From positions 466-64,465 of the forward strand of contig CACYNE010000008.1 in NCBI GenBank assembly GCA_902775605.1: 64,000 nucleotides of DNA, written 5' to 3'. The notes below the pieces were generated by a model. The model worked only from the letters and a program-made list of their open reading frames with translations, did not search any database and was not told the DNA's origin. This document shows positions 1 through 10,316 of the stretch, one piece after another (the stretch's first letter is position 1; every line of letters starts with the position of its first letter). The stretch comes from an uncultured Prevotellaceae bacterium (GTDB taxonomy: Bacteria > Bacteroidota > Bacteroidia > Bacteroidales > Bacteroidaceae). A program made the translations under genes and the position numbers.

Positions 1-1363
1 TTGGTTTGTGCCAGCCGTCTTCGACTATCTGCAGCCAACGGGCTATTTCAAGCAAGAGGAAAGTGAAATCACGGAGATAAACCATCGCGTGCAAGTGTTG
101 GAAGACTCTGCCGAGCGACAGTCTCTGCAGCATGCCGTTTCCACAACCAGGCAACAGGCCTCAGCAGAGATTGAAGCCTATAAGTCGATGATGCTGCAAG
201 CCAAGGCTCGCCGTGATGCCCTGCGGACAACAAGTGGCGAGACGGAAGAGATGATTCGCGAGAGTCAGTTTCAGAAGGCCGAGTTGCGCCGACTGAAGAA
301 ACGTTGGAACGAACAGATTTCTGAAGCAGAGGCCCGTTTGAAGCCCTTCGATGACGAGTTGCAGCAATTGAAACAAGAACGCAAGCGCCGTTCCGATGCC
401 TTGCAGCGCTGGCTGTTCGACAACTTCCTGATGTCGAACACGCTGGGAAAAACGCGTTCGCTCACCGATATCTTCTCGACGACACCACAGGGTGTGCCAC
501 CATCGGGCTCAGGCGAGTGTTGCGCTCCCAAGCTGTTGCAGTATGCCTACCAGCATCACCTGCGCCCACTCAGCATAGCCGAGTTCTGGCAAGGTCGTTC
601 GCCTAAGATGGAGATTCGGCATCATGACCATTTCTACACGGCCTGCAGGGGAAAATGCAAGCCTATTCTGGAATGGATGCTGGAGCCAACCAAGAACCCA
701 CCCCCAGCCCCTCCCGAGCGGGAGGGGATTTCTAGTCAGAAGATGACCCTGAAAGGAGCTAACCAGGCTCCCCACCCGCTCGGGAGGGGCCGGGGGTGGG
801 TCGTCATTTCCAAACCCGCAGGCCTATTGTCTGTACCTGGCCTCACGGACGCTCCCTCTGTAGAGAGCATCCTCAAGGCGCAGTATCCTGAGGTCTATAT
901 GGTTCACCGCCTCGATATGGATACATCGGGCGTGATGGTGGTAGCACTCACACAGGAAGCCTATCATCACCTGCAGAAACAGTTCTTGGAACGTACGGTT
1001 CAGAAGGAGTATGTGGCTTTGCTGGAGAACGATGTTGAGGGGAGTGGTAGGATTAGCCTGCCCTTGTGCCCTGACCTGTTGGATAGGCCTCGTCAGGTGG
1101 TAGATCCAGAAAATGGTAAGTCTGCCTTGACGGAATATCAAGCCTTGGGCCATCGCCGCATCCGACTCATCCCCCATACGGGTCGCACCCACCAGTTGCG
1201 CGTGCATTGTGCCCATCAGCAGGGATTGGACAATCCCATTCTGGGCGATCCCCTCTATGGAACAAAGAAGGCCGACCGCCTCTATCTGCATGCAGAGACC
1301 CTCTCGTTTGATGACCCAGAGACGGGCGAACGACAGACATTCCATGATCCAGCACCCTTTTAA
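1..1363 (+). CDS. rluA: RluA-family pseudouridine synthase with coiled-coil N-terminal region (probably begins before the window)
   Basis: Motifs KPAGLLSVPG, HRLDMDTSG, GRTHQLRVH and ILGDPLYG. Confidence 0.85.
   Translation, partial: WFVPAVFDYLQPTGYFKQEESEITEINHRVQVLEDSAERQSLQHAVSTTRQQASAEIEAYKSMMLQAKARRDALRTTSGETEEMIRESQFQKAELRRLKKRWNEQISEAEARLKPFDDELQQLKQERKRRSDALQRWLFDNFLMSNTLGKTRSLTDIFSTTPQGVPPSGSGECCAPKLLQYAYQHHLRPLSIAEFWQGRSPKMEIRHHDHFYTACRGKCKPILEWMLEPTKNPPPAPPEREGISSQKMTLKGANQAPHPLGRGRGWVVISKPAGLLSVPGLTDAPSVESILKAQYPEVYMVHRLDMDTSGVMVVALTQEAYHHLQKQFLERTVQKEYVALLENDVEGSGRISLPLCPDLLDRPRQVVDPENGKSALTEYQALGHRRIRLIPHTGRTHQLRVHCAHQQGLDNPILGDPLYGTKKADRLYLHAETLSFDDPETGERQTFHDPAPF
696..801. 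repeat. GC-rich REP-like inverted repeat inserted in frame in the RluA gene
   Basis: 33-nt arms 696-728 and 769-801 are reverse complements with 2 mismatches; each arm is internally palindromic (CCCTCCCGAGCGGGAGGG). Confidence 0.85.
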
Positions 1364-1372
1364 ATTGACACT

Positions 1373-3250
1373 ATGAGCACTGAGACATCATCACCCATAT
1401 TGGAACTCCAGCGACAACGCATGTTGCTGCAGATGGAGTACGACGAAGAGAAAAAGGCCTTTCAGCAGCAAACAGAAACACTCGGCATGATGCGTCGAGT
1501 GAAGCGTGGCGATGCCTGGATGCCCCTTCGTGTGGGTAAATCATATTTCAACTCGCTGAACCAATATTGCGTGGAGATATTCCGTCAGAGCGATGACGAC
1601 ACAGACCATAACTTCGAGTTCGGACGACCTGTGCAGTTCTTTGTTCAGCAGGAAAAGGCCATTCGTTTCTTTGCTGCCACAGGTACCGTGAGCTATGTTG
1701 ATGGCGATAGAATGGTGATCGCCATTCCAGATAATTTCTCTGTTGCCGACCTCCAGATTACTGACGGTCAGTTGGGCGTGCAACTCTTCTTCGACGAGAC
1801 CTCCTATCGCCTGATGTTCGACGCCTTGGAGCGCACCATGCGTGCCAAAGGTCGTCTGGCCTATCTGCGTGACCTCTTTTATTCGCGCCAGAAGGCTGAG
1901 ACATTCTCCTTTCCAGATATGGGATTCTCCTATCTGAACGACACCCAGCAGCATGCCGTCAACGAGGTGTTGCGTGCCAAGGATGTGGCTATTGTGCACG
2001 GTCCTCCAGGCACAGGCAAGACAACGACTTTGGTAGAGGCCATCTATGAGACGCTGCGTCGCGAGAGTCAGGTGCTGGTGTGCGCCCAGAGTAATATGGC
2101 TGTCGATTGGATTAGCGAGAAACTTGTGGACCGTGGACTCAACGTCCTGCGCATTGGCAATCCTGTGCGAGTGGACGATAAGATGCTGTCGTTTACCTAT
2201 GAGCGCCGCTTCGAGGCTCATCCCGATTATCCCCAGCTATGGAGCATCCGTAAGGCTATCCGCGAACTCCGCAGTCAGCGCAAGCGCACGGACAACTGGC
2301 ACCAGAAGATGGACCGACTGAAAAGTCGCGCCACAGAACTGGAGATACGCATCAATGCCGAACTCTTTGGTGAAGCACGTGTCATAGCCTGCACCTTGGT
2401 AGGCTCAGCCAATCGTCTGCTCGACGGCATGAAGTTTGGCACGCTCTTCATTGACGAGGCTGCTCAGGCCTTAGAGGCTGCCTGTTGGATACCCATCCGC
2501 AGGGCAGGTCGCGTCATTCTGGCTGGCGATCATTGCCAGTTGCCACCCACTGTAAAATGCTATGAAGCCCTGAAAGGCGGGCTGGGGCGCACGCTGATGG
2601 AGCGTATTGCTGAGCAGAAGCCCGAGGTGGTGACGCTGCTTCGTATTCAATATCGTATGCATGAGGATATCATGCGTTTTTCCAGCGACTGGTTCTATCA
2701 TCATCAGATGGTGGCAGCGCCAGAGGTGAAGCATCGCAGCATCTTGGACCTTGACTTGCCGATAACGTGGATTGATACTGCTGAGTATGAAGGAAAAGAA
2801 GAGTTTGTTGGCGAGTCGTTTGGACGTATTAATAAGACAGAGGCAGAGTTGACCTTGCTCTCTCTGCAAGCCTATTTCGAGCTCATTGGCAAAGAGCGCA
2901 TCCTATCAGAGCGTCTCGATGTGGGTATCATCTCACCCTATCGTGCTCAGGTGCAGTATCTGCGCCAGCAAATCAGGAAGAAAGATTGGATAAAACCCTT
3001 CCGTACTCGCATCAGCGTGAATACCGTGGATGGTTTCCAAGGTCAGGAGCGCGATATCATCGTCATCTCGCTGGTGCGCTCTAATGATGAGGGACAGATA
3101 GGTTTCCTTCGTGACCTGCGCCGAATGAATGTGGCTATGACTCGGGCTCGCATGAAACTCATCATCTTAGGTAACAAGGACACGATGACCCGTCATCCGT
3201 TCTATAAGAAACTATGGGATTATATCCAGTCATTAAAACGAGTTGAATGA
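1373..3250 (+). CDS. Superfamily 1 helicase, Upf1/IGHMBP2-like (AAA_11/AAA_12)
   Basis: Walker A GPPGTGKT, DEAAQ, GDHCQLPP, QYRM, TVDGFQGQE, RMNVAMTRAR. Confidence 0.9.
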   Translation: MSTETSSPILELQRQRMLLQMEYDEEKKAFQQQTETLGMMRRVKRGDAWMPLRVGKSYFNSLNQYCVEIFRQSDDDTDHNFEFGRPVQFFVQQEKAIRFFAATGTVSYVDGDRMVIAIPDNFSVADLQITDGQLGVQLFFDETSYRLMFDALERTMRAKGRLAYLRDLFYSRQKAETFSFPDMGFSYLNDTQQHAVNEVLRAKDVAIVHGPPGTGKTTTLVEAIYETLRRESQVLVCAQSNMAVDWISEKLVDRGLNVLRIGNPVRVDDKMLSFTYERRFEAHPDYPQLWSIRKAIRELRSQRKRTDNWHQKMDRLKSRATELEIRINAELFGEARVIACTLVGSANRLLDGMKFGTLFIDEAAQALEAACWIPIRRAGRVILAGDHCQLPPTVKCYEALKGGLGRTLMERIAEQKPEVVTLLRIQYRMHEDIMRFSSDWFYHHQMVAAPEVKHRSILDLDLPITWIDTAEYEGKEEFVGESFGRINKTEAELTLLSLQAYFELIGKERILSERLDVGIISPYRAQVQYLRQQIRKKDWIKPFRTRISVNTVDGFQGQERDIIVISLVRSNDEGQIGFLRDLRRMNVAMTRARMKLIILGNKDTMTRHPFYKKLWDYIQSLKRVE

Positions 3251-6200
3251 CAGCAAAGGAACTATACGATATCATACAGGAACTGGCAGGTGGCGAACCA
3301 TCAGTACAGAACTTGCGACAGATGCACGAGTTGATTGCTTTGGCATCGGCCGAAGGTAGCAGGTCGCAAGGAGGTACCTTTGGCAACCTGTTCTCGCAGG
3401 TAGATTTTGTGTGCCAGCACTTGGGGGTGAAAGCATCACAGAAGCGCGCCATCCAAACGGCCCGTCGCCATGCAAATGGACGCGCCACTTTGACTCACGA
3501 AGAGTGGCTCTACGACCTGCGGGCTGTCACGATGCTCATTAGTGCCGTCTTTCACGAGGATGTGCCTGGTGAATTACTGCGTTTGCTGCCAGTCAATTTA
3601 GCGCCTACGGAAAAGGGACTCACCATCAACAAACGCTATGTGCGCTGCATCGTCCGTTCGTTTGACGAGACAACGATTAAGGCAGATACCTCTGATGGCG
3701 AGATACACATTGACTATGCCAACACGGAGGGTGGGCGCGACTTTGCCTATCTCAGAAAGGTATTGCGTGAGGGCATGCAGCTGAACCTGCTTGATTGTCA
3801 TGTGGATGACGTCATCATCCCAGGTGTCATCGTGGTAGAGCCCGACTTCATGCTCGATATCTCTGCGCTGGCAGCATGCTTTACGGCCTATGGGCACCAT
3901 CCTTTGCTTTATACCGTCAGTCGCCTGAAGCCGAAGCCCAACACGCAGGCCGTATTATTAGGTAACTTCGCAGGAACAGCCCTCGACGATATCATTCATA
4001 ATCCTGATGTTACACTACAGCAGTCGCTCCAGCGCTCCTATCGTGAGCAGGCAGAGCGCTTTGCTGCCTGTGAGGATTTTGACCAAGAGAAGTTTGAAGC
4101 TGAGGCGGCTGTGCAAATGCAGAATATCCGCGAGACGGTGAAAATTCTCCATTCTCATTTTTCAATTCTCAATTCTCAAGCCCTCCTCGAGCCTTCGTTC
4201 GTCTGCGAGAAGTTAGGACTGCAAGGTCGTGTGGACTTGATGACGTCTGACATGCGTCTGCTGGTAGAGCAGAAGTCGGGCAAGAATGCCAAGATTGACT
4301 ATCAGAGTCATGATGCTCACGGCGTGCAGTTGGAGAGTCATTATGTGCAGTTGTTGCTCTATTACGGCATCCTGCGCTATAACTTCGACAAGAGTGATGC
4401 TCAGGTGGATACCCGTCTGCTTTACTCACGCTATTCGCCCGACAAGGGACTCGTTGCGGTGAACTACTATCGCACGCTGTTTCGTGAGGCCATCAAACTG
4501 AGAAACCAGATTGTGGCCACTGAGTTGCTCATTGCTCGTGAGGGCTTTGGGCGCATCATGCCCTTGCTCAATGCTGACGTTATATATAATGGTGTCGCTC
4601 GCGACAGTTATTTCCATCACTATATCCTCCCAGGTCTTTTAACTCTCAACGTTCAACTATCTACTCTCAATCCACTGGAGCGCGCCTATTATGAGCGCAT
4701 GATGACCTTCGTCTATCGCGAGCAGCGGGCACAGAAGTTGGGCAGCAGCGAACAGACACTTCACCATGCAGGCGGTTGTGGCAGCGACCTGTGGCTGATG
4801 CCGCTGAGCGAGAAACTGGAGCAGGGTAACATCCTCATGGGACTTAACATAAATAAACGTGAGAAGAGTGACCCCGATGGGGGATATGACGTGATATCGT
4901 TTGTCATTCCTCAGTCTTTCTCATTCACAACACTTAACTTCCGCGTGGGCGATATGGTTTACCTTTATCAATATGATGACCAGCCCGATGTGCGCAAACA
5001 CATCCTCTATAAAGGGTCGCTACAGGAAATTGATGGCTTGAAGGTGGTTGTGGCTTTGAACGATGGACAACAGAATGAGTCTGTTTTCGCACCTTCCAAC
5101 AAGACTTGGGCCATAGAGCACGGTGGCAGCGATGTGGGCACCAACAGCAACATCCGTAGTCTGCATCAGTTTATCTTGGCTTCACCACGTAAAAAGGACT
5201 TGCTGTTGGGGCAGCGTGCTCCTGAAGCTGATACTTCGCAGAAGCTCTCAAAAGCTTATAATCCTCACTATGACGATATCATCCAGAGGGTGAAACAGGC
5301 TCGCGACTATTTCCTCCTTGTGGGACCTCCTGGCACGGGTAAGACCTCGATGGCGCTGCGTTTCATGGTAGAGGAAGAGCTATCAGCCACTGTTCCCGAT
5401 GGTTCTCCGTCGGGTGATATTCTCCTCATGGCCTATACAAACAGAGCTGTCGATGAGATTCGCTCGATGCTGCAGGAAGCTGGATTGGCTGGCGATGAGC
5501 GCATAGTGACTGGCACCACCTCAATGATGCAGGCTCGTCCGTTCCTGCTGGCTGGCCGACATTTTTCGCTGGCAGTAGTCGATGAGGCTTCACAAGTGTT
5601 GGAACAAGGACTCATCGGACTGCTGAGTAGCGACCAGATAGACAGATTCGTACTCGTTGGCGATCACAAGCAGCTGCCAGCTGTGGTTCAGCAAAACCCA
5701 GAGGATGCCCGCATCGTTGATCCGTTGTTGAGAGATATCGGTCTCACGGACTGTCGTCAGTCGCTTTTCCAGCGTCTCTACAATTGGGAAGTGACTCAGG
5801 GACGCACACAGTTCATTGGAACCCTAAGTCACCAAGGCCGCATGCATCCTGATGTGGCGCAGTTTGCCAGTCAGCATTTCTATGGCTCGTGGCTGACACC
5901 AGTTCCTGTGGCTCATCAGAAAGAGACAACGCTCAACTACAACCTGCCAGCGCAAGATGCCCTTGATGCTACCCTTCAGCAACATCGCATGCTTTTCTTC
6001 GAGGGCGACACGGAGATGGTCATCACGTTGGCTCAGCGCATCCGTCGCTTCTATGGTGAGCGGTTCGACCCGCAGAAGACATTGGGTATCATCGTCACCT
6101 ATCGTAAACAGATTGCTGCTATTCGTGCCGCTGTTCCTAATGTCAGCATTGACACCGTGGAGCGTTATCAGGGTTCTCAGCGCGAGGTCATTATCTATGC

Positions 6201-6402
6201 GGTGGGGGTTGACCGCCACTATCAGATGGACTTCCTTACTGCCAGTACCTTTGTTGATGACGAAGGTCAGGTGGTGGACCGCAAGCTTAACGTGGCGCTG
6301 ACGCGTGCGCGCAAGCAGATGTTAATGGTAGGTCATTCGGCTATTTTACGGGGAAATGAACTGTTCCGTCAGTTAATTGATAAATTTTCTTTGAAAATGT
6401 AG
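3247..6402 (+). CDS. Dna2-like nuclease-helicase (PD-(D/E)XK-like domain plus SF1 helicase)
   Basis: GLQGRVDL..EQKSGK..QLLLY nuclease-like motifs; GPPGTGKT, DEASQ, TVERYQGSQ, LNVALTRAR. Confidence 0.8.
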   Translation: MTAKELYDIIQELAGGEPSVQNLRQMHELIALASAEGSRSQGGTFGNLFSQVDFVCQHLGVKASQKRAIQTARRHANGRATLTHEEWLYDLRAVTMLISAVFHEDVPGELLRLLPVNLAPTEKGLTINKRYVRCIVRSFDETTIKADTSDGEIHIDYANTEGGRDFAYLRKVLREGMQLNLLDCHVDDVIIPGVIVVEPDFMLDISALAACFTAYGHHPLLYTVSRLKPKPNTQAVLLGNFAGTALDDIIHNPDVTLQQSLQRSYREQAERFAACEDFDQEKFEAEAAVQMQNIRETVKILHSHFSILNSQALLEPSFVCEKLGLQGRVDLMTSDMRLLVEQKSGKNAKIDYQSHDAHGVQLESHYVQLLLYYGILRYNFDKSDAQVDTRLLYSRYSPDKGLVAVNYYRTLFREAIKLRNQIVATELLIAREGFGRIMPLLNADVIYNGVARDSYFHHYILPGLLTLNVQLSTLNPLERAYYERMMTFVYREQRAQKLGSSEQTLHHAGGCGSDLWLMPLSEKLEQGNILMGLNINKREKSDPDGGYDVISFVIPQSFSFTTLNFRVGDMVYLYQYDDQPDVRKHILYKGSLQEIDGLKVVVALNDGQQNESVFAPSNKTWAIEHGGSDVGTNSNIRSLHQFILASPRKKDLLLGQRAPEADTSQKLSKAYNPHYDDIIQRVKQARDYFLLVGPPGTGKTSMALRFMVEEELSATVPDGSPSGDILLMAYTNRAVDEIRSMLQEAGLAGDERIVTGTTSMMQARPFLLAGRHFSLAVVDEASQVLEQGLIGLLSSDQIDRFVLVGDHKQLPAVVQQNPEDARIVDPLLRDIGLTDCRQSLFQRLYNWEVTQGRTQFIGTLSHQGRMHPDVAQFASQHFYGSWLTPVPVAHQKETTLNYNLPAQDALDATLQQHRMLFFEGDTEMVITLAQRIRRFYGERFDPQKTLGIIVTYRKQIAAIRAAVPNVSIDTVERYQGSQREVIIYAVGVDRHYQMDFLTASTFVDDEGQVVDRKLNVALTRARKQMLMVGHSAILRGNELFRQLIDKFSLKM

Positions 6403-6422
6403 GCGAATTAAAAGAAAATGTT

Positions 6423-6430
6423 TACTTTTG
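6423..6430 (+). promoter_or_regulatory. Bacteroidetes -7 promoter box
   Basis: TACTTTTG matches TAnnTTTG upstream of ATG 6465. Confidence 0.65.
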
Positions 6431-6464
6431 CCATCGGAATAACCCTTTTAACAATCAATTTAAT

Positions 6465-7013
6465 ATGAAAAAGTTTAGTTTGAAGGCAGCCGTTGTGCTG
6501 TTGGCAGGTTCTTTCCTGTGCAGTTCGTGTATTGGTTCGTTCAGCCTCTTCAATAAGTACGAGAAGTGGCAGTGCAACATGACCAGCAACAAGTATGTGA
6601 ATGGTATCGTGGGTCTTATCCTGCAGCCTATCGTAGCTCCCATCTGTCTCTTCGTTGATTCTGTGGTGCTCAACACCATCGAGTTCTGGACAGGCAGCAA
6701 TCCTATGGCAGCTGGTCAGGTGAAGACTGTGATGGGTCAGGATGGTCGTTACTATGCCATCAAGACCTTGAAGAACGGCTATGAGGTGAAGGACGCTAAT
6801 GGTGAGAAAACCCTTTTCATCCACGACGCTAAGACTGACTCTTGGTCAATGACTCAGAACGGTGTGACAAAGGAACTCATCCGTTTCAATGCTAACGGCA
6901 CCATTCAAGCCACCCTGCAGAACGGCGAAACGCTGACTGTTTCTAACGATGAGGCTGGTTTGATGCAGGTTCGTGAGGCTGTTTACAACGAGAACTGTTA
7001 CGCTCTGCGTTAA
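6465..7013 (+). CDS. DUF3332-like lipoprotein
   Basis: Signal peptide ending SSC, then CIGSFSLFNK and NTIEFWTGSNP. Confidence 0.75.
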   Translation: MKKFSLKAAVVLLAGSFLCSSCIGSFSLFNKYEKWQCNMTSNKYVNGIVGLILQPIVAPICLFVDSVVLNTIEFWTGSNPMAAGQVKTVMGQDGRYYAIKTLKNGYEVKDANGEKTLFIHDAKTDSWSMTQNGVTKELIRFNANGTIQATLQNGETLTVSNDEAGLMQVREAVYNENCYALR

Positions 7014-7016
7014 GCT

Positions 7017-7757
7017 ATGAACATACAACGACGAGCAATCATCGTGGGCGCCACCTCGGGCATTGGGCTCGAGGTGGCCTTGTTATTGGCCAATAAAGGA
7101 TGGCTGGTGGGTATTGCTGGCCGTCGCCAGGAACTGCTGGAACAAATTCAAAAGAATCATCCAAATATCATTGCTATAGAACCCATCGATGTGACTCATG
7201 ATGATGCTCCCAATCACTTGCAGGCACTGATTGACCACATGGGTGGCATGGACCTTTATTTTCACAGCTCAGGCATCGGCTATCAGAATACGGAGCTTGA
7301 TATGGAGCGCGAATTGGCCACTGTTGAGACAAATGCTGTCGGGATGACGCGTATGGTAGGTGCTGCCTTCCATTATTTTGAGGCGCACCCCAACCAACGG
7401 TGTCAGATAGCCGTGATTAGTAGTATTGCTGGAACCAAGGGACTCGGTGCAGCACCTGCCTACTCTGCCACCAAGCGCTATGTCAATCATTACCTGGAGT
7501 GCCTCACCCAGCTCTGTCATATTCGCCATTTGCGCCATATCAGCATCCACGACATCCGTCCAGGTTTTGTACGTACTGCTCTTATTAGTGGCAGTAATTA
7601 CCCCTTGCAACTCGATGCCGCTGAAGTGGCTCGCCAGATAGTTCGTGGCTTAGAGCATGGTCGCAGTATTATTACTGTTGACTGGCGCTATCGTCTGCTC
7701 GTGGCTTTCTGGCGTCTCATTCCCAGATGGGTGTGGGTGCGAATGAGCGTGAAATAG
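7017..7757 (+). CDS. Short-chain dehydrogenase/reductase
   Basis: GATSGIG Rossmann motif and catalytic YSATK. Confidence 0.9.
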   Translation: MNIQRRAIIVGATSGIGLEVALLLANKGWLVGIAGRRQELLEQIQKNHPNIIAIEPIDVTHDDAPNHLQALIDHMGGMDLYFHSSGIGYQNTELDMERELATVETNAVGMTRMVGAAFHYFEAHPNQRCQIAVISSIAGTKGLGAAPAYSATKRYVNHYLECLTQLCHIRHLRHISIHDIRPGFVRTALISGSNYPLQLDAAEVARQIVRGLEHGRSIITVDWRYRLLVAFWRLIPRWVWVRMSVK

Positions 7758-7784
7758 GTTTTGGAGTTTCTATAGTCCAAAAAC

Positions 7785-9059
7785 TTACCAACGGTCTTTT
7801 GTCTGAATGTCGTCAGCCCAACGATGGTCCTTGGGGAACGACTGCCCGTTCCAAGCCTTCACCTGTGTCCAGGGTTCTGCAGGGCAAGTCCAAAAGTCGT
7901 GGTTGGCGGGCAGACCGAGAGGCATCAGCGACAGCGATGTAAGATAGAGTGAGCCGTTGTTGGTGTACCAGTCGGCCACTTCTGGCTGGTGACCACAGAA
8001 GCCGATAGTCAGGAAACCACCCTCGTTGTAATTCTGCTGATGGTCATACATGCGATGCATCACAGCGGTGAGTGCAGCACGCACCTGTCCGTTAGTCAGT
8101 TCCTTTGGTAACTTCTGCTGCCATGCTATGAGAGCCAGTGGCTGGAGGGCTGCCAAGCGATAGGGGATGGAGCGACCGAAGACGGGGAAGGTGCCTTCTG
8201 GCGAGACAAAACGCTCAAGGATGATACTGTATTTTTGGGCGCGTTTCAGGGCTCGGTCATAATATTTCTTGTATTCCAAGCGTGTGTTGGCTTTGGCGTC
8301 AATCATATTCTGAAGTGTTTCCAGATACATGGAGTGGAACACATAACTACTATAATAGTCGAAGGCAAAGACGGGGCCGTCAGCATACCAACCATCACCC
8401 ACATACCATTCCTCCACCTTGCGGATGGTAGTCATCACGCGATAGTCGTCATATTCCTTCAGTCCTGCAGCCTTGGCAATAAAACTCTCTATGATGCTGG
8501 AGAAGAGAAACCAGTTGGTGTATGGTGGTTCAATACTGCGTAACTTCTTGAACTCGGCAATATAGCGATCCTTCGTTACCTGATCCAGCGGCACCCAAAG
8601 GGCATCGTAGCCACGAATAAATGACTCAGCAATGTAGGCTGCATCAACGAGGTTCTGACCTGCCGCGCCCCAGCAGAGATAGTCGGGCGACGAAGGATCA
8701 ACGCTGTTCTTATAGGATGCCAATGCCCATTCGCGCAACTGCTTTCGCTGACGTCCCTCAACAGTATCGTCATCGGGAAGTGAAAGCCAAGGTGCGATGC
8801 CTGCCATGAGTCGGCCGAAGGTTTCCATATAGACCACTTTGCGGTTGCGACTGTCGAACGAAGGTGAGAACTCGGTCTGCATGTTCTTCTGCAGTTCGCC
8901 CTTTGCCATGTTCTCCAGTACGGGTTGTGCCATTTTCCATGCCTCCTGACACCAATATTCACGATCTGTTTGCTGATTTTGTACCTTCTTCTTCGCAATT
9001 GTTGGTGTTAGAGCAGAAAATGCGCAAAAAGTAACTAAAAAGATAAGAATTCGTTTCAT
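7785..9059 (-). CDS. DUF2264 / GH154-like glycoside hydrolase
   Basis: Signal peptide; ETFGRLMAGIAPW, YVGDGWYADG, FDYYSSYV, GRSIPYR, GSLYL. Confidence 0.75.
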   Translation of the reverse strand: MKRILIFLVTFCAFSALTPTIAKKKVQNQQTDREYWCQEAWKMAQPVLENMAKGELQKNMQTEFSPSFDSRNRKVVYMETFGRLMAGIAPWLSLPDDDTVEGRQRKQLREWALASYKNSVDPSSPDYLCWGAAGQNLVDAAYIAESFIRGYDALWVPLDQVTKDRYIAEFKKLRSIEPPYTNWFLFSSIIESFIAKAAGLKEYDDYRVMTTIRKVEEWYVGDGWYADGPVFAFDYYSSYVFHSMYLETLQNMIDAKANTRLEYKKYYDRALKRAQKYSIILERFVSPEGTFPVFGRSIPYRLAALQPLALIAWQQKLPKELTNGQVRAALTAVMHRMYDHQQNYNEGGFLTIGFCGHQPEVADWYTNNGSLYLTSLSLMPLGLPANHDFWTCPAEPWTQVKAWNGQSFPKDHRWADDIQTKDRW

Positions 9060-9088
9060 TTTGTTAGTTGTAATTTGTTTTATTGCTG

Positions 9089-9146
9089 CAAAGTTACGAA
9101 AATATCGCCTATTTTTTTGCTAAAACGAAAACAATCGTTATCTTTG
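9089..9146. promoter_or_regulatory. Divergent -7 promoter boxes
   Basis: TAACTTTG on the minus strand (9089-9096) and TATCTTTG on the plus strand (9139-9146). Confidence 0.65.
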
Positions 9147-9192
9147 CACCGATATTTCGTAAATTTTAACTAAAGCAATTATTTAACGCGGT

Positions 9193-10281
9193 ATGAAAAA
9201 GCAAACATGGAAGGCAGCAACGCTCGCTGTGACAATGGCTGTATTTAGCAGTACGGCCGCAATGGGACAACAAAAGTCGGACGCTGATATCGACTGGATG
9301 AAAGACTTTACCAGTCGCATCACACTCAACGGCTATGCACAAGGAGGCTGGTCCTATCAGGACATCAACGGAGAAAAAACGAACTCCTACAACCTAAAAC
9401 GCACACTTCTCTGGGCCAAGGCCCGTATCACCGACCGCTGGTCGTTTCTCTTCATGCACGACTTCTCAAGTGTTCCGCAGGAATTCTATACTGATTACCG
9501 CGTGACCAAGAATAACGCACTGACCATCCGCTTGGGTCAATTCAAGCATTCCTACACCATGGAAAATCCCATGTCGCCTACTCAACTCGAACTTATTGAC
9601 GTCTATTCGCAGGCCGTACTCTATCTGGCTGGCGAAGGTCCTGACCCATTGAACGGCGTCAATTATGGTCGCGACCAGGGATTGATGGTCTTTGGCGACA
9701 TCCTCAAGAATAAGGTACACTATGAGTTGGCATTGATGAGTGGACAAGGCATTAACCGTAAGGACCAGAATAATCAAAAGGACTTCATTGCCAAACTTGA
9801 GCTGCGCCCTATCGATGGCCTCCGTATTGTGGGCTCTGGTTATCTGGGAACAGGCAATGCCGTCGACTCTGCCGCATGGAACAACATCAGCAAGGGGCAG
9901 AACTATAAGCGCAATCGCTATAGCGTGGGTGCGGAATACAAGACCACACCCTATAGCGAAGGTGAATACAAAGAAGCTCGTCCTGCCAGCATTCGAGCTG
10001 AATGGCTGGGTGGTAAGGACGGCGAAGTGAATAGCCGTGGTGGCTATGTCACAACCTGCATCCCCGTTTATGATGCGCTCGACGTGGTGGCCTCTGGCGA
10101 GACCTTTGATCGCAATACGAAGGTAGATGGTTGGGATCAGACCAACTTGACACTGGGTCTGCAGTATTGGTTCTATAAGAAATGTCGTGTGCAGTTGCAG
10201 TACACCCGCTGCCTCTGTGGCGAGAATATCTCTTCAAAGGATTACAACTGGCTGCAGGCACAAGTACAAGTGGCTTTTTAA
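9193..10281 (+). CDS. OprO/OprP-like porin
   Basis: Signal peptide, GQFK and GRDQG motifs, beta-strand pattern, terminal Phe. Confidence 0.75.
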   Translation: MKKQTWKAATLAVTMAVFSSTAAMGQQKSDADIDWMKDFTSRITLNGYAQGGWSYQDINGEKTNSYNLKRTLLWAKARITDRWSFLFMHDFSSVPQEFYTDYRVTKNNALTIRLGQFKHSYTMENPMSPTQLELIDVYSQAVLYLAGEGPDPLNGVNYGRDQGLMVFGDILKNKVHYELALMSGQGINRKDQNNQKDFIAKLELRPIDGLRIVGSGYLGTGNAVDSAAWNNISKGQNYKRNRYSVGAEYKTTPYSEGEYKEARPASIRAEWLGGKDGEVNSRGGYVTTCIPVYDALDVVASGETFDRNTKVDGWDQTNLTLGLQYWFYKKCRVQLQYTRCLCGENISSKDYNWLQAQVQVAF

Positions 10282-10316
10282 AGGTAAAAAAGTAAAAGAG
10301 TAAAAAGCAAAAGACA

